Numbered from the stretch's first letter, positions 20,131 through 30,749 are shown. The stretch is 64,000 bases of DNA from Nitrosopumilaceae archaeon (GCA_965214835.1 CBDCCK010000002.1:1824001-1888000), one strand, 5' to 3'. Translations and numbers: made by a program. Notes: a model not told the origin generated them from the letters alone.

Positions 20131-21288
20131 TCACCGATCCCAGCCAAGGTCACGCCCCAAAAGCTCATACAGCCGCTCGTTGTGAGGACGGAAATAGTCA
20201 ACTAGCATCCTGCGCGTGTCGCGCCTCATCGGCGGATAGCTGCCCGCGTTGAGCCTGAAGGGATCGCCCGGCGCGGGCTTGTACCTCCCCATCCAAGGCA
20301 AGTCCGGCAGGGCGCCTACACCCACCTCAAACGGCTCGAGTCCCAGAAACCCAAAGACCCTGTCAAGCGTACCCTGTCTGTCGTCCTCCAGCTCCCCGGT
20401 CGTCAGGATCAGCAGCCGGTTCCTGTCAAAGCACTCATACCAGCGGATCAGCTGTTCTGCATAGCGACCCGTGCCAAGATAGGAATTGTAGAGGTCATGC
20501 CCGTCGGATCTGGTATCTGATGCCGCCTTTTCCCGCTCGTACGATGCCCTGCTGCCCTCTGCGACTATTGCGTCCTCAAATGTCAGCGACTCGCGCCCCT
20601 TTTTGAGCCGCATGTTGTACTCTGAATAGGCGCGGTCGACGGGGTTGCGCAGTATGGCCAGCAGCCTGACGTTGGGAATCGTGGCCCTGACCCGGCCCGG
20701 CACGTCCGGGAGGAACATGTAAGGGGGGGTGGCCTCGCCGGTCAGCATCTTGCGGCCTGTCTTCCATGCGTGATAGCGCTTGTGCAGTACGGTCGGAAAG
20801 TGGGCGCGGTACCACTGCATGCCGTACATGTAGGTCGTCGTGCTGGCAAAGTATCCTATCTCCTTGACCCGCGCCGGAAGCACGTTCGGATGCGTGCACA
20901 TCAGGCCGTACAGCGACGTGGTACCCGACTTGGTTGCCCCTATGATGAGAAAGTCCGGCAGGGTACGGAGGAAGGACGTAATGGCGCTTGTCCCGCTCCC
21001 TTTCAGAATCATGTGTACCATCGGGTGCTTTGCGAGATTTATAAAATCCGTCCGCTGGACGCGTCTTGAACGGCCGCAAACCGGACACGTGATCTGGTAG
21101 CTGTGCAGTCGGCAATCGGCAAGCAGCAGATCACTGGCCTTGCTTTTTATCCTGCGTAAGAGGTGTTTGAAGGATGCTGGGCTTGGTGTAGTTGTGTGGA
21201 ATCCAGAAAGTATCTTGTCCCCCTCTTTATCTGGCATGATACTCCTCCCTGCTTCTTCATCTATGACCGTTTCGCCCGGAGGCGGCAT
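20131..21288 (-). CDS. PAPS-dependent sulfotransferase (heparan-sulfate sulfotransferase-like); start uncertain
   Basis: PDFLIIGATKSGTTSL (5'-PSB), LRNPVDRAYS (3'-PB) and FRPHNERLYELLG motifs. Confidence 0.88.
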   Translation of the reverse strand: MPPPGETVIDEEAGRSIMPDKEGDKILSGFHTTTPSPASFKHLLRRIKSKASDLLLADCRLHSYQITCPVCGRSRRVQRTDFINLAKHPMVHMILKGSGTSAITSFLRTLPDFLIIGATKSGTTSLYGLMCTHPNVLPARVKEIGYFASTTTYMYGMQWYRAHFPTVLHKRYHAWKTGRKMLTGEATPPYMFLPDVPGRVRATIPNVRLLAILRNPVDRAYSEYNMRLKKGRESLTFEDAIVAEGSRASYEREKAASDTRSDGHDLYNSYLGTGRYAEQLIRWYECFDRNRLLILTTGELEDDRQGTLDRVFGFLGLEPFEVGVGALPDLPWMGRYKPAPGDPFRLNAGSYPPMRRDTRRMLVDYFRPHNERLYELLGRDLGWDR

Positions 21289-21375
21289 CTTGCGCCCAGA
21301 TGCCTGCGTTGGTGTCTCTAGGATTTCTTCGAACCTGCCGTGCCCGGCATTTGTGTGCCTTTTCCCGTCTGAATG

Positions 21376-21527
21376 GGGTTGTCGCCTAATTCACCTCAGG
21401 CTGCCTCCACCGGCACGCCAATCCCTGCGGCACACTCCATCCTGTTTAGCACCTCAAAGTTCCATCCTATGGCCTTGCACAGACCGAACCTCCTGCGGGT
21501 GGCTGCCTTTCTGAACCTGCACATCTG
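21376..21527 (-). mobile_element. IS end/transposase C-terminal remnant; same end as the GGGGTTGTCGCCTAATT MITEs
   Basis: End sequence plus RRFG..KAIGWNFEVLNR-type tail. Confidence 0.55.
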
Positions 21528-21663
21528 CAGTGGCGCGGGGTCAGAAAGGCAACTACAGGCTGGCCGTATCAGACCGCCGACGAGGTGCAAAAATCCATAC
21601 GCACCAATGCTGTGCAGGGGCGAGATGAAGGTGGCAGAGATGAGCAGCTGGCTGACGTAGGCA

Positions 21664-24234
21664 CTACTCATACTTGACATCCCCGTGCGCCGTGCCGCCG
21701 TTTCCGCTGTCCGAGGAGTCCGACAGGTCGCCTTCGAACTCAAGGTGCATCAGAAGCGCATCATTGTAGGCTCCCATATACGCACAATCGCCGGTAAGCG
21801 CGTCGACGGCACCGTCGCCTCCGGCATCTGACACGGTAGCCATCTCCACGTGGCATTCATGCACGTCTGATACATGGTCGGCAGGCAGCCGTGCCGAGTA
21901 TATCATGACATCATCCAGCACGGTATCATGCGCATGCCCCCTGCCGGTGCTGCTGGCGCCTATCGCAAGCGGATAATCGTTTGTGACGGATCCCTCCAGG
22001 AATGCGTTGTGCCGGCGTATGTTATCGAGCTGTCCGTCCACGTACACATCCAGTCCATTCCTTTCTCTGGAACCGTCATAGGTGAACACGACGTGGTGCC
22101 AGCGGCCATCGGCCACGCCGGAGAACGTGTTGATGGTTATCTGGCTTTTCGTCTCGTCTGTCATCCGGAGTGAGAGCCCGCCGCCGGGGTGGCTCCACAC
22201 AGTGATACCCTGCTGCCGGGCCGCCTCGGCCTTTGATATGATCGACGAGCCAGGTTCTCCAGAGCCGGTCATCTTGATCCAGAACGCGATGCTGAACGGA
22301 TCGGCTCCGCCAAGATCGAGGCCGGGCACGGTGGCAAACGTAACGTATGCGGTACCGTCAAGATGGATGGCCCGACCGGGCGGACTGTACGCGGACAGGG
22401 AGGTCCACTCGGGCGGGTTCCACTCCGTCACATCCACGCTGTGGCCGGCATACTCGTAAACCGCTGATGGTATCGGGGTGTCCGGTTTTGGGGGATTATG
22501 AAACTCGGCCATCCTGCTACCGCCATAGTATATCTCAACATACCGCTTCAGATCTGTTTCCTGGGGTGCCGTCGCATTGCCGACACCATGGTGGGCCCCC
22601 AGCAAGTATCGATTATGTTCCATCCTGTCTACAAATTCTATCATTACGATCTCTTTGGTTTTTTCCGGGTATGTGTTGCTAGCAAAGTTATCTGCCATGC
22701 CGGAATCGGTAAGATTGTAGATGCTTGATAGCCACGATTTGTTAATATTCCGCATGATTATTTGCGCGTCAGAATCCACATAGTTTCGTAGCGCAAAGGA
22801 TACCGCTTCAGGATACGCAGATGTCGCATCCCAGTGCACAAGCACGCCAGATGTGGACAGGCCGAGCGCCGTGGCGGCAAGTACGGCTGCCAACAGTAGC
22901 ACGCGTTGCCCCCTCGAATCCCACCTTCTTGCGTACACTCTTTCTATTCCTCCGCCGAGCAGTGCGGCGGCGGCAACACACATTGCAGTCCACAGCATGC
23001 CTAGGTGGAACCACGATACGTATCCAATTGATCCGAAGAACAGCAGGACTGGTGCTATCCACAGCATCAGAAACCTGTTACGCATGGCGGCCGCAAAGAC
23101 AAGCCCTGCTACACCCAGCGATATCAGGACTGGATCTATCTCGAACAGCCATATCGTGCCCATCAGCAGGATCGCAGGATGGGTCAATATGTCCGGATCT
23201 TGGCCCTGTACTAGGGATATCGGTATGTATTGTTGCAGCGAGTCCAGCATGTGTTGGCCGGATCTGTCTGTCTGCCACAGGACGCCTCTTATCCACTGAT
23301 CGAACTCACCCTCCAGCGCCGCAGACGCGGGCCATGCTGCCGCAATCAGGATCATGGATACAAGCCACAGCAGCATCCATCCCGGCCTTTTGCCGGCCGA
23401 CCAGACCAAAGCAAGAACCAGCGGGATCATCACAAGCGAGGGGATCTTGACAAGCATGGCACATCCCATACAGACGCCCGACAGGAGAACCAGCAGGTGG
23501 GCCTTGTCCGGGGCTGGCTGCAGCGGCGCCCTCCCCCCTGTGACGGAATTGCTCTTTGGATCTGGGCCGCATGCGTACATGGCAAGCAGAACGGAGGACA
23601 GGACAAACGGGAGTAGAATCGAGTCCAGCAGAACCATCCTGAGCGTCAACGATACGGGCATTGCCGCAAACAGGACGGCTGCGATCGGTGCTGCCCTGCG
23701 CCCAAAGCCCCTCTCGACTATCTTGTAGATCAGAAAGGTGTCCAAGACAGCAAGCAGGCCCATGAGGATGCGCGGTGCCCCGTAAAGCATCCCAATCGAG
23801 GACGCATCCTCCGATGTGACAAAGGAGTCAGGATATCCGGTGACATGCATGAATCCGGCCAGTATCGTCCAGCCAAGAAACGGATGGTCGTGAGTGTTCA
23901 ACAGTATCTTGTGATCTGAGACATCCAAGGCCCGGTCTATGTAGGTCGACTCATCCACGTACCAAGGCGGGAAACCCGCCGGGTTCCACAGGTGCGTATA
24001 TGCAGAAAGCGCCAGTATTGCAACAAGCATGAGGAGCGGTCCGCGTCCTGACAGGTGCCCGTGCCAAAAGTGACACGTCCGAGAGGGGGAGGGGCTGTCG
24101 CCTAATTTGCCTCCTTGGCTCAATCTACACGTTTTCCTGAACCTCCACTCCAGCACTCCTAGGCTCGGATGAGATCGTATGGTTTTCAGAAATTCCGATG
24201 AATTAGGCGACAACCCCCGTCCGAGGCCAAGCAT
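21664..24234 (-). CDS. GT-C (PMT/ArnT-like) glycosyltransferase fused to C-terminal LamG/ConA-like domain, copy 1
   Basis: DES.Y and DHPFLG loop, many TM helices; FSIAFWIK, DGRWHHVVFTYD, YVDG and LDDVMIY motifs. Confidence 0.88.
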   Translation of the reverse strand: MLGLGRGLSPNSSEFLKTIRSHPSLGVLEWRFRKTCRLSQGGKLGDSPSPSRTCHFWHGHLSGRGPLLMLVAILALSAYTHLWNPAGFPPWYVDESTYIDRALDVSDHKILLNTHDHPFLGWTILAGFMHVTGYPDSFVTSEDASSIGMLYGAPRILMGLLAVLDTFLIYKIVERGFGRRAAPIAAVLFAAMPVSLTLRMVLLDSILLPFVLSSVLLAMYACGPDPKSNSVTGGRAPLQPAPDKAHLLVLLSGVCMGCAMLVKIPSLVMIPLVLALVWSAGKRPGWMLLWLVSMILIAAAWPASAALEGEFDQWIRGVLWQTDRSGQHMLDSLQQYIPISLVQGQDPDILTHPAILLMGTIWLFEIDPVLISLGVAGLVFAAAMRNRFLMLWIAPVLLFFGSIGYVSWFHLGMLWTAMCVAAAALLGGGIERVYARRWDSRGQRVLLLAAVLAATALGLSTSGVLVHWDATSAYPEAVSFALRNYVDSDAQIIMRNINKSWLSSIYNLTDSGMADNFASNTYPEKTKEIVMIEFVDRMEHNRYLLGAHHGVGNATAPQETDLKRYVEIYYGGSRMAEFHNPPKPDTPIPSAVYEYAGHSVDVTEWNPPEWTSLSAYSPPGRAIHLDGTAYVTFATVPGLDLGGADPFSIAFWIKMTGSGEPGSSIISKAEAARQQGITVWSHPGGGLSLRMTDETKSQITINTFSGVADGRWHHVVFTYDGSRERNGLDVYVDGQLDNIRRHNAFLEGSVTNDYPLAIGASSTGRGHAHDTVLDDVMIYSARLPADHVSDVHECHVEMATVSDAGGDGAVDALTGDCAYMGAYNDALLMHLEFEGDLSDSSDSGNGGTAHGDVKYE
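24084..24217. mobile_element. MITE inside the 5' end of GT-C copy 1
   Basis: TIRs GGGGCTGTCGCCTAATT / AATTAGGCGACAACCCC; 8-bp TSD CGTCCGAG. Confidence 0.85.
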
Positions 24235-24293
24235 GAGCTAGCCCCGCCCATCATCCAAATAACGGTTTGGTAACAGATAGTTTGTTGGTATGT

Positions 24294-24430
24294 GGGGGAG
24301 GGGTTGGTAGCCTAATTCATCGGAATTCCTGAAAAACATTGAGATGCCAGGCGGATCAGGCGTGCAAAAGGGCAGAAATTCAGAAAAATGTGCAGATTGA
24401 GTCAAGTCGACGGAATTAGGCGACAACCCC
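24294..24430. mobile_element. MITE, same family
   Basis: GGGGTTGGTAGCCTAATT...AATTAGGCGACAACCCC. Confidence 0.75.
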
Positions 24431-24503
24431 CATACCACCCAATAAATGCACTTGCGGTGATAGCGCCACCACTAATGGCCGGTTCCAATTATCATAGATC
24501 CTA

Positions 24504-25601
24504 TAGTGACGATTAAAAGTCTTTGAGGTCAAAAAAAACCAACAGCAACACATTTTGATCGCCATGTTCCATGCATTGCATGGATACTGAACTGGCCGAG
24601 GAGCTCAGAGCGGCATCAAAGACAGAAAAGGATCCCCAAGTCATGTTCAGGATAGCAGCAGTCAACGCAATCTGTGTACGTGGTGAGGACGTAGGCAGCA
24701 CGGCAAAACTTCTCATGCGTACCCCCGACTGCATACGGCAGTGGATCAGCCGCTTTGAGGAGGGGGGCATTGATGCCCTCCGGGATCACTCCCGCAGCTG
24801 AAGGCCGCCCAAGGTAAAGCCCGAGATCATCTCCGAGATCATCGATGATGCCCACGATGGCGTGATCACACCCAGGATTCTGGCCGTCGAAATACGCGAC
24901 AGAACCGGCGTGCAGTACCACCTGTCCTCTGCCAGGAGGCTGATGAGGGAGCAGGACATGTCGCCCAAGACGCCGGAGCTTGTGCACAAGAGCAGGGCAG
25001 ACGTCGATACCATACGCAGGTGGTAGCGCAACGCAAAAAGGCATATTTCACGCCTGGAAAGGGAGGGTTTTACCACCGTAATCCAGGATGAGTCGATCTT
25101 CGTAGACGCCCCGATCGTCGGGCGCAAGTACTGGTCTGCAGTAGGAACGCCGATCACGGTTACATACAGGGGGCGCCGCCGCAGGACTGTGGCCTACGGC
25201 GCAATTGCCACGGACGGACGCCGCTTCTTCCGGACATACGATAAATTTGACGGCCCGACATTCCTCAGGTATTTCAAGGAGCTCCGCAGTCACTTTGGAA
25301 AGGTCCTGGTAATAATGGACGGCGCGTCTGCACATACCACCCGGGATGTAAAAAAGTTCGTGGCAGACAATCCAGACACCTTGAGGGTCAGGTATATGCC
25401 GGTTGCCACCCCGGAGCTCAGCGGCATGGAGGAATACTGGCACCGGGCAAAGCGGGACGCCCTCGTCTCCGAGTACTATGCAACATTCGAGGAGATGAGA
25501 CATGCGCTGTCAGAATACCTGAGGACTACCAGATTCGCGGATGATATTATGTCGTATATCGGGTCGGATCCGGGTTGATCAAAAACTTATGGTCGTCACT
25601 A
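24504..25601 (+). mobile_element. IS630-family element, transposase with internal stops
   Basis: TIRs TAGTGACG / CGTCACTA; TA TSD; QDES, MDGAS.H and TPELS motifs. Confidence 0.88.
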
Positions 25602-25711
25602 TAGGCATGGATTAAAGAGACATAATTTGCCGCCGATAAAGGGCCCGGGCGTTTTAACATAGATGGTTACACACGGATCCGTATACATGAGGTTTCGATC
25701 CGAGGGCAGGC

Positions 25712-26821
25712 TCAACCCCTCCGCTGTCTGGTCCTTGAGATCAGCATGCGGTACATTAACAAGCGTGTGAGACGGCGCACGGGCCGGCTCGCAAACACAA
25801 CCCCCAGCACCCGGGCTGCAAGCCTTCCAGCCGCGCCATCATGCGTACCGTACACGAACGAGGTCAGGATGTGATCGGTGTGACGGCACGCCGTCATGAC
25901 AACCATCCTGCGTCCGATTCTCCTGCTGGCCTCGGCATATCTCCGTGGAAAGATGGGTATGTAGGCCAGTTCCCGGATTAACAAGCGTCCGATTCTCCTG
26001 CTGGCCTCGGCATATCTCCCCTGCTCCGGCCCGCTCAGCCTGTTGACTGTGAGCTCTAGTATCTTGCACCTCATGTTGTGCCTCTCTCTCGGGCTTGGCC
26101 GTCCCTGCCCATCGTGCTGCCTGTACCCATATATGATCCCCGGAACGTGGTGGAACCTGTACCCGTGATTTATGGTCAGCCTCATACAGAACTCCTGATC
26201 CTCGCCCCGGTCAAGGCTATCGTCAAAGCCCCCGACATCCTCAAGAATTGACCTGTGAAGGATGGAGACGCACATTTGTCCAAAGGACATGCTGAATATT
26301 GAAGCACCCTGCTCCATCGCGTCCATGGAGTTGTCCATGTAGTATGATACCGTCTTGCCGTTTGGCTTCCCGTCGGATCCCAGCATCTGGAGATCAAAAA
26401 ACGGTATTGTTTTGGTAATCGACGAGGAGTCGAGCCCCTCGGCTGCCCCGACAAGCCTCTCCACTGCGTCAGGATACATTATATCATCAGAGTCCAGGAC
26501 GGCAAGCCACTTCCCGGTCATGTGGGCTATCCCCGTGTTGTAGGCAGCCGCGCGTCCCGCGTGCTCTGTGTTGACTATCCTGATCCTGTCAGAGTACCGC
26601 TCCAGTATCTTGGCCGATCCGTCCGTGGAGCCGTCGTTTACTGCTATGACCTCGATGTTGCCGTATGTCTGTGCCAGTGCGGACTCTATGGACTGCATCA
26701 GGTACCTTTCCCCGTTGTAGACCCGGATTAGTAGCGACACCTTGCCGCTCTTGCCGATCCGTGCTACGCCACCTCCCTCCAGTAATTCTTTCTTTGATTC
26801 CATGCTAGACAGTGTTGTCAC
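25712..26821 (-). CDS. GT2 family glycosyltransferase
   Basis: YNGERYL..SIES, VNDGSTD, LDSDD, GGFD and ED motifs. Confidence 0.9.
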   Translation of the reverse strand: MTTLSSMESKKELLEGGGVARIGKSGKVSLLIRVYNGERYLMQSIESALAQTYGNIEVIAVNDGSTDGSAKILERYSDRIRIVNTEHAGRAAAYNTGIAHMTGKWLAVLDSDDIMYPDAVERLVGAAEGLDSSSITKTIPFFDLQMLGSDGKPNGKTVSYYMDNSMDAMEQGASIFSMSFGQMCVSILHRSILEDVGGFDDSLDRGEDQEFCMRLTINHGYRFHHVPGIIYGYRQHDGQGRPSPRERHNMRCKILELTVNRLSGPEQGRYAEASRRIGRLLIRELAYIPIFPRRYAEASRRIGRRMVVMTACRHTDHILTSFVYGTHDGAAGRLAARVLGVVFASRPVRRLTRLLMYRMLISRTRQRRG

Positions 26822-27178
26822 TCTGCCTCGTGTTACAGATATCTGTTTAGGTCAGTCCAGTAGTTGAAGATGTATCCCGTTTCTAAGTGTCTGATCGTTT
26901 TGAACCGATGGACATGATTTTTTGTCCGACCGATCTATAAGCAGCGGTGCCTTCGTCTATCATGATGGGAAAGCAGGGCAGACAGCAGCAGCAACAGCAG
27001 AAACATCTCCGGACAGGGTACGGCGAGGCAGGATTCAAGTCCTTGGTCACCGCAATAGACATGCTGGGAATCAAGTACTCCCCAAGGCACAACGCCATGT
27101 GTGGGCGTGGAAGACGCCTCCGGCCTGATTGCTTCCATGTCAGAGCGTTCTGCATGTGCAAACTATACCGTCCAAAAG

Positions 27179-27260
27179 GTACAACATCAGGTCCTATTTA
27201 TACTGGCAAGCAAACACTTCCTAGATCCCTAGGCGGTTTAAATGGGACCTGATGTTGTAC
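27179..27260. mobile_element. 82-bp MITE with ends of the GTACAAC IS66 family
   Basis: GTACAACATCAGGTCC / GGACCTGATGTTGTAC. Confidence 0.85.
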
Positions 27261-27359
27261 CCAATTTGTGCCTGATTGATAGGGGCAGGCGACCACATAT
27301 CCCCGCGCTCATGAGCAAGTTCTTTAAGGTTTTAAATTGCCAGCATTGGAAGAATTCGC

Positions 27360-27569
27360 ATGGGTGGAAAAATAATTACATATGATCTCAAGAAAGTAAA
27401 GGAAGGATATGTTGCACGTTGTATGGTCAGCGATAAAGTCACCGCATTTGGAAGTACCAAAGAGGAGGCAGGTGACAATTTAGTGAAATCTGTAAAAGAT
27501 TATTTGAAAATATTTCCAGAGAAGGAAGACGAAATCTTCAATACACCTATAAAGGAAGTTATCCTCTAA
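27360..27569 (+). CDS. HicB-like antitoxin (short)
   Basis: EGYVARC....TAFGSTKEEA..NL motif; AT-rich. Confidence 0.75.
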   Translation: MGGKIITYDLKKVKEGYVARCMVSDKVTAFGSTKEEAGDNLVKSVKDYLKIFPEKEDEIFNTPIKEVIL

Positions 27570-27581
27570 AAGATTACTTGA

Positions 27582-27842
27582 ATGCTCAAAGGTATTAACA
27601 CTGATGATACTATAGATGCACTCAAAATGTTGGGGTTTAGTGTACATAATCCGGATGGTGCTACTACCATTTTTTGCATCCACACAATAGCACAGGAAGA
27701 AGTTTGGATCCCAAAAACAGATCAGGGATTCTTATGCGACGTACTTGAAGATATTTTTGATCCAATAAAACTGAGATTTGTATTCTTTCATTCTGTTTAT
27801 ATGAATACACCGCATAAAAGAAATCCTGGCGATCAGTACTAG
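27582..27842 (+). CDS. Divergent HicA-like protein
   Basis: I.ALK.LGF..., V.IP pattern; adjacent to HicB; GSH histidine not evident. Confidence 0.5.
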   Translation: MLKGINTDDTIDALKMLGFSVHNPDGATTIFCIHTIAQEEVWIPKTDQGFLCDVLEDIFDPIKLRFVFFHSVYMNTPHKRNPGDQY

Positions 27843-28003
27843 TTTTTGGCCTAGAATGGTAGCAGGCCCAGTGGCGCGGGGTCAGAAAGGCAACTACAGG
27901 CTGGCCGTATCAGACCGCCGACGAGATGCAAAAATCCATACGCGCCATGCTGTGCAGGGGCGAGATGAAGGTGGTAGAGATGACCAGCTGGCTGACGTAG
28001 GCG

Positions 28004-30574
28004 TTACGCATACTTGACACCCCCGTGCGCCGTGCCGCCGTTTCCGTTGTCCGAGGAGTCCGACAGGTCGCCCTCAAATTCAAGGTGCATCAGAAGCGCA
28101 TCATTGTATGCTCCCATATACGCACAATCGCCGGTAAGCGCGTCGATGACGCCGTCGCCTCCGGCGTCTGACACGGTAGCCATCTCCACGTGGCATTCAT
28201 GCACGTCTGACACATAGTCGGCAGGCAGCCGTGTCGAGTATACCATGATATCGTCCAGTGTAACGTCCTGCACAGCCTTCCCTTCGGTGCTGCCAGCGCC
28301 TATCACAAGCGGATGATCGCTTGCAATGGAGCCCGCCAGTGATGAGCTGTGCCGACGCAGGTTGTCTATCCGTCCGTCCACGTATACGTCGAGTCCGTTC
28401 CTGTACCCGGAGCCGTCGTAGGTGAACACAATATGGTGCCAGCGGCCGTCAGTTACGCCGGAGAACGTGTTGACGGTGATCTGGGTTTTCTCACCGTCTG
28501 TCAACCGGAGCGAGATCCCGCCGCCAGGTTTAGCCCACATGACAATGCCCGGGTGCAGATCTTTCCCGGCCTTTGACATGATCGACGAGCCCGGCTCTCT
28601 GGGGTCGGTCATCTTGATCCAAAAGGTGATGCTGAACGGATTGGCTCCGTCAAGATCTAGACCGGGTGCATCGGCAAGCGTGACGTATGCGGTGCCGTCA
28701 AGGTGGAGGGCCCGGCCGGTGGGGCCGTACGTAGACAGGGAGGACCACTCGGGTGGATGCCACTCGGTCACATCCACACTATGACCGGTATACTCGTAAA
28801 CCGCTGATGGTATAGGGGTGTCCGGTTTTGGGGGACCGTGAAATTCGGCCACTCTAGTGCCACTGTCGTATATCTCCAGATGCCGCTGATGTACATCTGC
28901 TTCCGGAGGCACAGTATTGACGATGCCGTAATGGGTTTCCAACAAGTGCCGAGCCTGCTCGATTCTGTTGATAGATTCTATCATTACGATCCTTTTAGTT
29001 TTTACAGGATGTATGTGCTTAGGGAGATCATCTGCCGTGCCAGAACCGGTAAGATTGTAGACGTTTGACAACAGCGATTCAGTAACCCCACGCATGATTA
29101 TGTCTGTATCAGAATCCGCATAGTTTTGCAGCGTAAAAGACACCGCTTCAGAGTACGCAGATGTAGAGTCCCAGTGTACAAGCACTCCCGACGTAGAAAG
29201 GCCAAGCGATGCGGCCACAAGTACGGCCACCAGCAGCAGTGTGCACTGCCTATCTGGGCCCCGCCTTCCCGCAGACGCCCTTTCGATTCTGCCACTGATC
29301 AGTGCAGCAGTGGCGATGCACATCGCAGTCCACAGCATTCCCAGGTGAAACCACTCTACATATCCAATTAATCCGAAGAACAGCAGGACGGGTACTGCCC
29401 ACAGCATCAGAAACCTGCTACGTATAGCGGCCGCAAAGACTAGACCTATTGCACCCAGTGATATCATGATTGGATCCACTCGAAACAGGGATATGGTGGC
29501 CATCAGCAGGATCGCAGGATGGGTCAATATGTCAGGATCATGACCCTGCACTAGAGCCACTGAAGTGTATTGTTGCAATACGTTCAGCATATTCTGACCG
29601 TATCTGTCTGTCTGCCACAGGACGCCTTTTATCCACTGATCGAACTCACCCTCCAGCGCCGCAGACGCGGGCCATGCTGCCGCAATCAGGATCACGGGCA
29701 CAAGCCACAGCAGCATCCGCCCCGGCCTTTTGCCGGCCGACCAGACCAAAGCAAGAACCAGCGGGATCATGACAAGCGAGGGGATCTTGACAAGCATGGC
29801 ACATCCCATACAGACGCCCGACAGGAGAACCAGCAGGTGGGCCTTGTCCGGGGCTGGCTGCAGCGGCGCCCTCCCCCCTGTGACGGAATTGCTCTTTGGA
29901 TCTGGGCCGCATGCGTACATGGCAAGCAGAACGGAGGACAGGACAAACGGGAGTAGAATCGAGTCCAGCAGAACCATCCTGAGCGTCAACGATACGGGCA
30001 TTGCCGCAAACAGGACGGCTGCGATCGGTGCTGCCCTGCGCCCAAAGCCCCTCTCGACTATCTTGTAGATCAGAAAGGTGTCCAAGACAGCAAGCAGGCC
30101 CATGAGGATGCGCGGTGCCCCGTAAAGCATCCCAATCGAGGACGCATCCTCCGATGTGACAAAGGAGTCAGGATATCCGGTGACATGCATGAATCCGGCC
30201 AGTATCGTCCAGCCAAGAAACGGATGGTCGTGCTTGTCGGACAATATCTTGTAATTCATGGCATCCAGAGCCTGCTCTATATAGACAGACTCGTCTACAT
30301 TCCAGGGCGGGAAACCCGCCGGGTTCCACAGGTGTGTATATGCAGAAAGCACCAGTATTGCAACAAGCATGAGGAGCGGTCCGCGTCCTGACAGGTGCCC
30401 GTGCCAAAAGTGACACGTCCGAGAGGGGGAGGGGCTGTCGCCTAATTTGTCTCCTTGGCTCAATCTACACGTTTTCCTGAACCTCCACTCCAGCACTCCT
30501 AGGCTCGGATGACATCGTATGGTTTTCAGAAATTCCGATGAATTAGGCGACAACCCCCGTCCGAGGCCAAGCAT
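28004..30574 (-). CDS. GT-C + LamG glycosyltransferase, copy 2
   Basis: 856 aa paralog of 21664-24234 with the same MITE at 30424-30557. Confidence 0.88.
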   Translation of the reverse strand: MLGLGRGLSPNSSEFLKTIRCHPSLGVLEWRFRKTCRLSQGDKLGDSPSPSRTCHFWHGHLSGRGPLLMLVAILVLSAYTHLWNPAGFPPWNVDESVYIEQALDAMNYKILSDKHDHPFLGWTILAGFMHVTGYPDSFVTSEDASSIGMLYGAPRILMGLLAVLDTFLIYKIVERGFGRRAAPIAAVLFAAMPVSLTLRMVLLDSILLPFVLSSVLLAMYACGPDPKSNSVTGGRAPLQPAPDKAHLLVLLSGVCMGCAMLVKIPSLVMIPLVLALVWSAGKRPGRMLLWLVPVILIAAAWPASAALEGEFDQWIKGVLWQTDRYGQNMLNVLQQYTSVALVQGHDPDILTHPAILLMATISLFRVDPIMISLGAIGLVFAAAIRSRFLMLWAVPVLLFFGLIGYVEWFHLGMLWTAMCIATAALISGRIERASAGRRGPDRQCTLLLVAVLVAASLGLSTSGVLVHWDSTSAYSEAVSFTLQNYADSDTDIIMRGVTESLLSNVYNLTGSGTADDLPKHIHPVKTKRIVMIESINRIEQARHLLETHYGIVNTVPPEADVHQRHLEIYDSGTRVAEFHGPPKPDTPIPSAVYEYTGHSVDVTEWHPPEWSSLSTYGPTGRALHLDGTAYVTLADAPGLDLDGANPFSITFWIKMTDPREPGSSIMSKAGKDLHPGIVMWAKPGGGISLRLTDGEKTQITVNTFSGVTDGRWHHIVFTYDGSGYRNGLDVYVDGRIDNLRRHSSSLAGSIASDHPLVIGAGSTEGKAVQDVTLDDIMVYSTRLPADYVSDVHECHVEMATVSDAGGDGVIDALTGDCAYMGAYNDALLMHLEFEGDLSDSSDNGNGGTAHGGVKYA

Positions 30575-30621
30575 GAGCTAGCCCCGCCCATCATCCAAAT
30601 AACGGTTTGGTAACAGATAGT

Positions 30622-30713
30622 GTACGAGTTTACCCCTCAGGAGACAAGACTGGCCCGAACCTTCATGATCGTGCCTGCCACGCCGTATTCCTCGAGATGG
30701 GGTAAACTCATAC
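30622..30713. mobile_element. 92-bp MITE
   Basis: TIRs GTACGAGTTTACCCC / GGGGTAAACTCATAC; TSD ACAGATAGT; empty site visible in copy 1 near 24275. Confidence 0.88.
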
Positions 30714-30749
30714 ACAGATAGTTCGTTGGTATGTGGTCACGCCCCTCTG

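Larger units (their letters stand above)
21528..24281. repeat. ~2.75-kb segmental duplication, copy 1 (copy 2 at 27869-30621)
   Basis: Direct alignment, offset ~6340 bp. Confidence 0.92.

Noticed and set aside
26975-27000. Poly-Gln CAG run
   Set aside because: Short, within a non-conserved probable remnant ORF.
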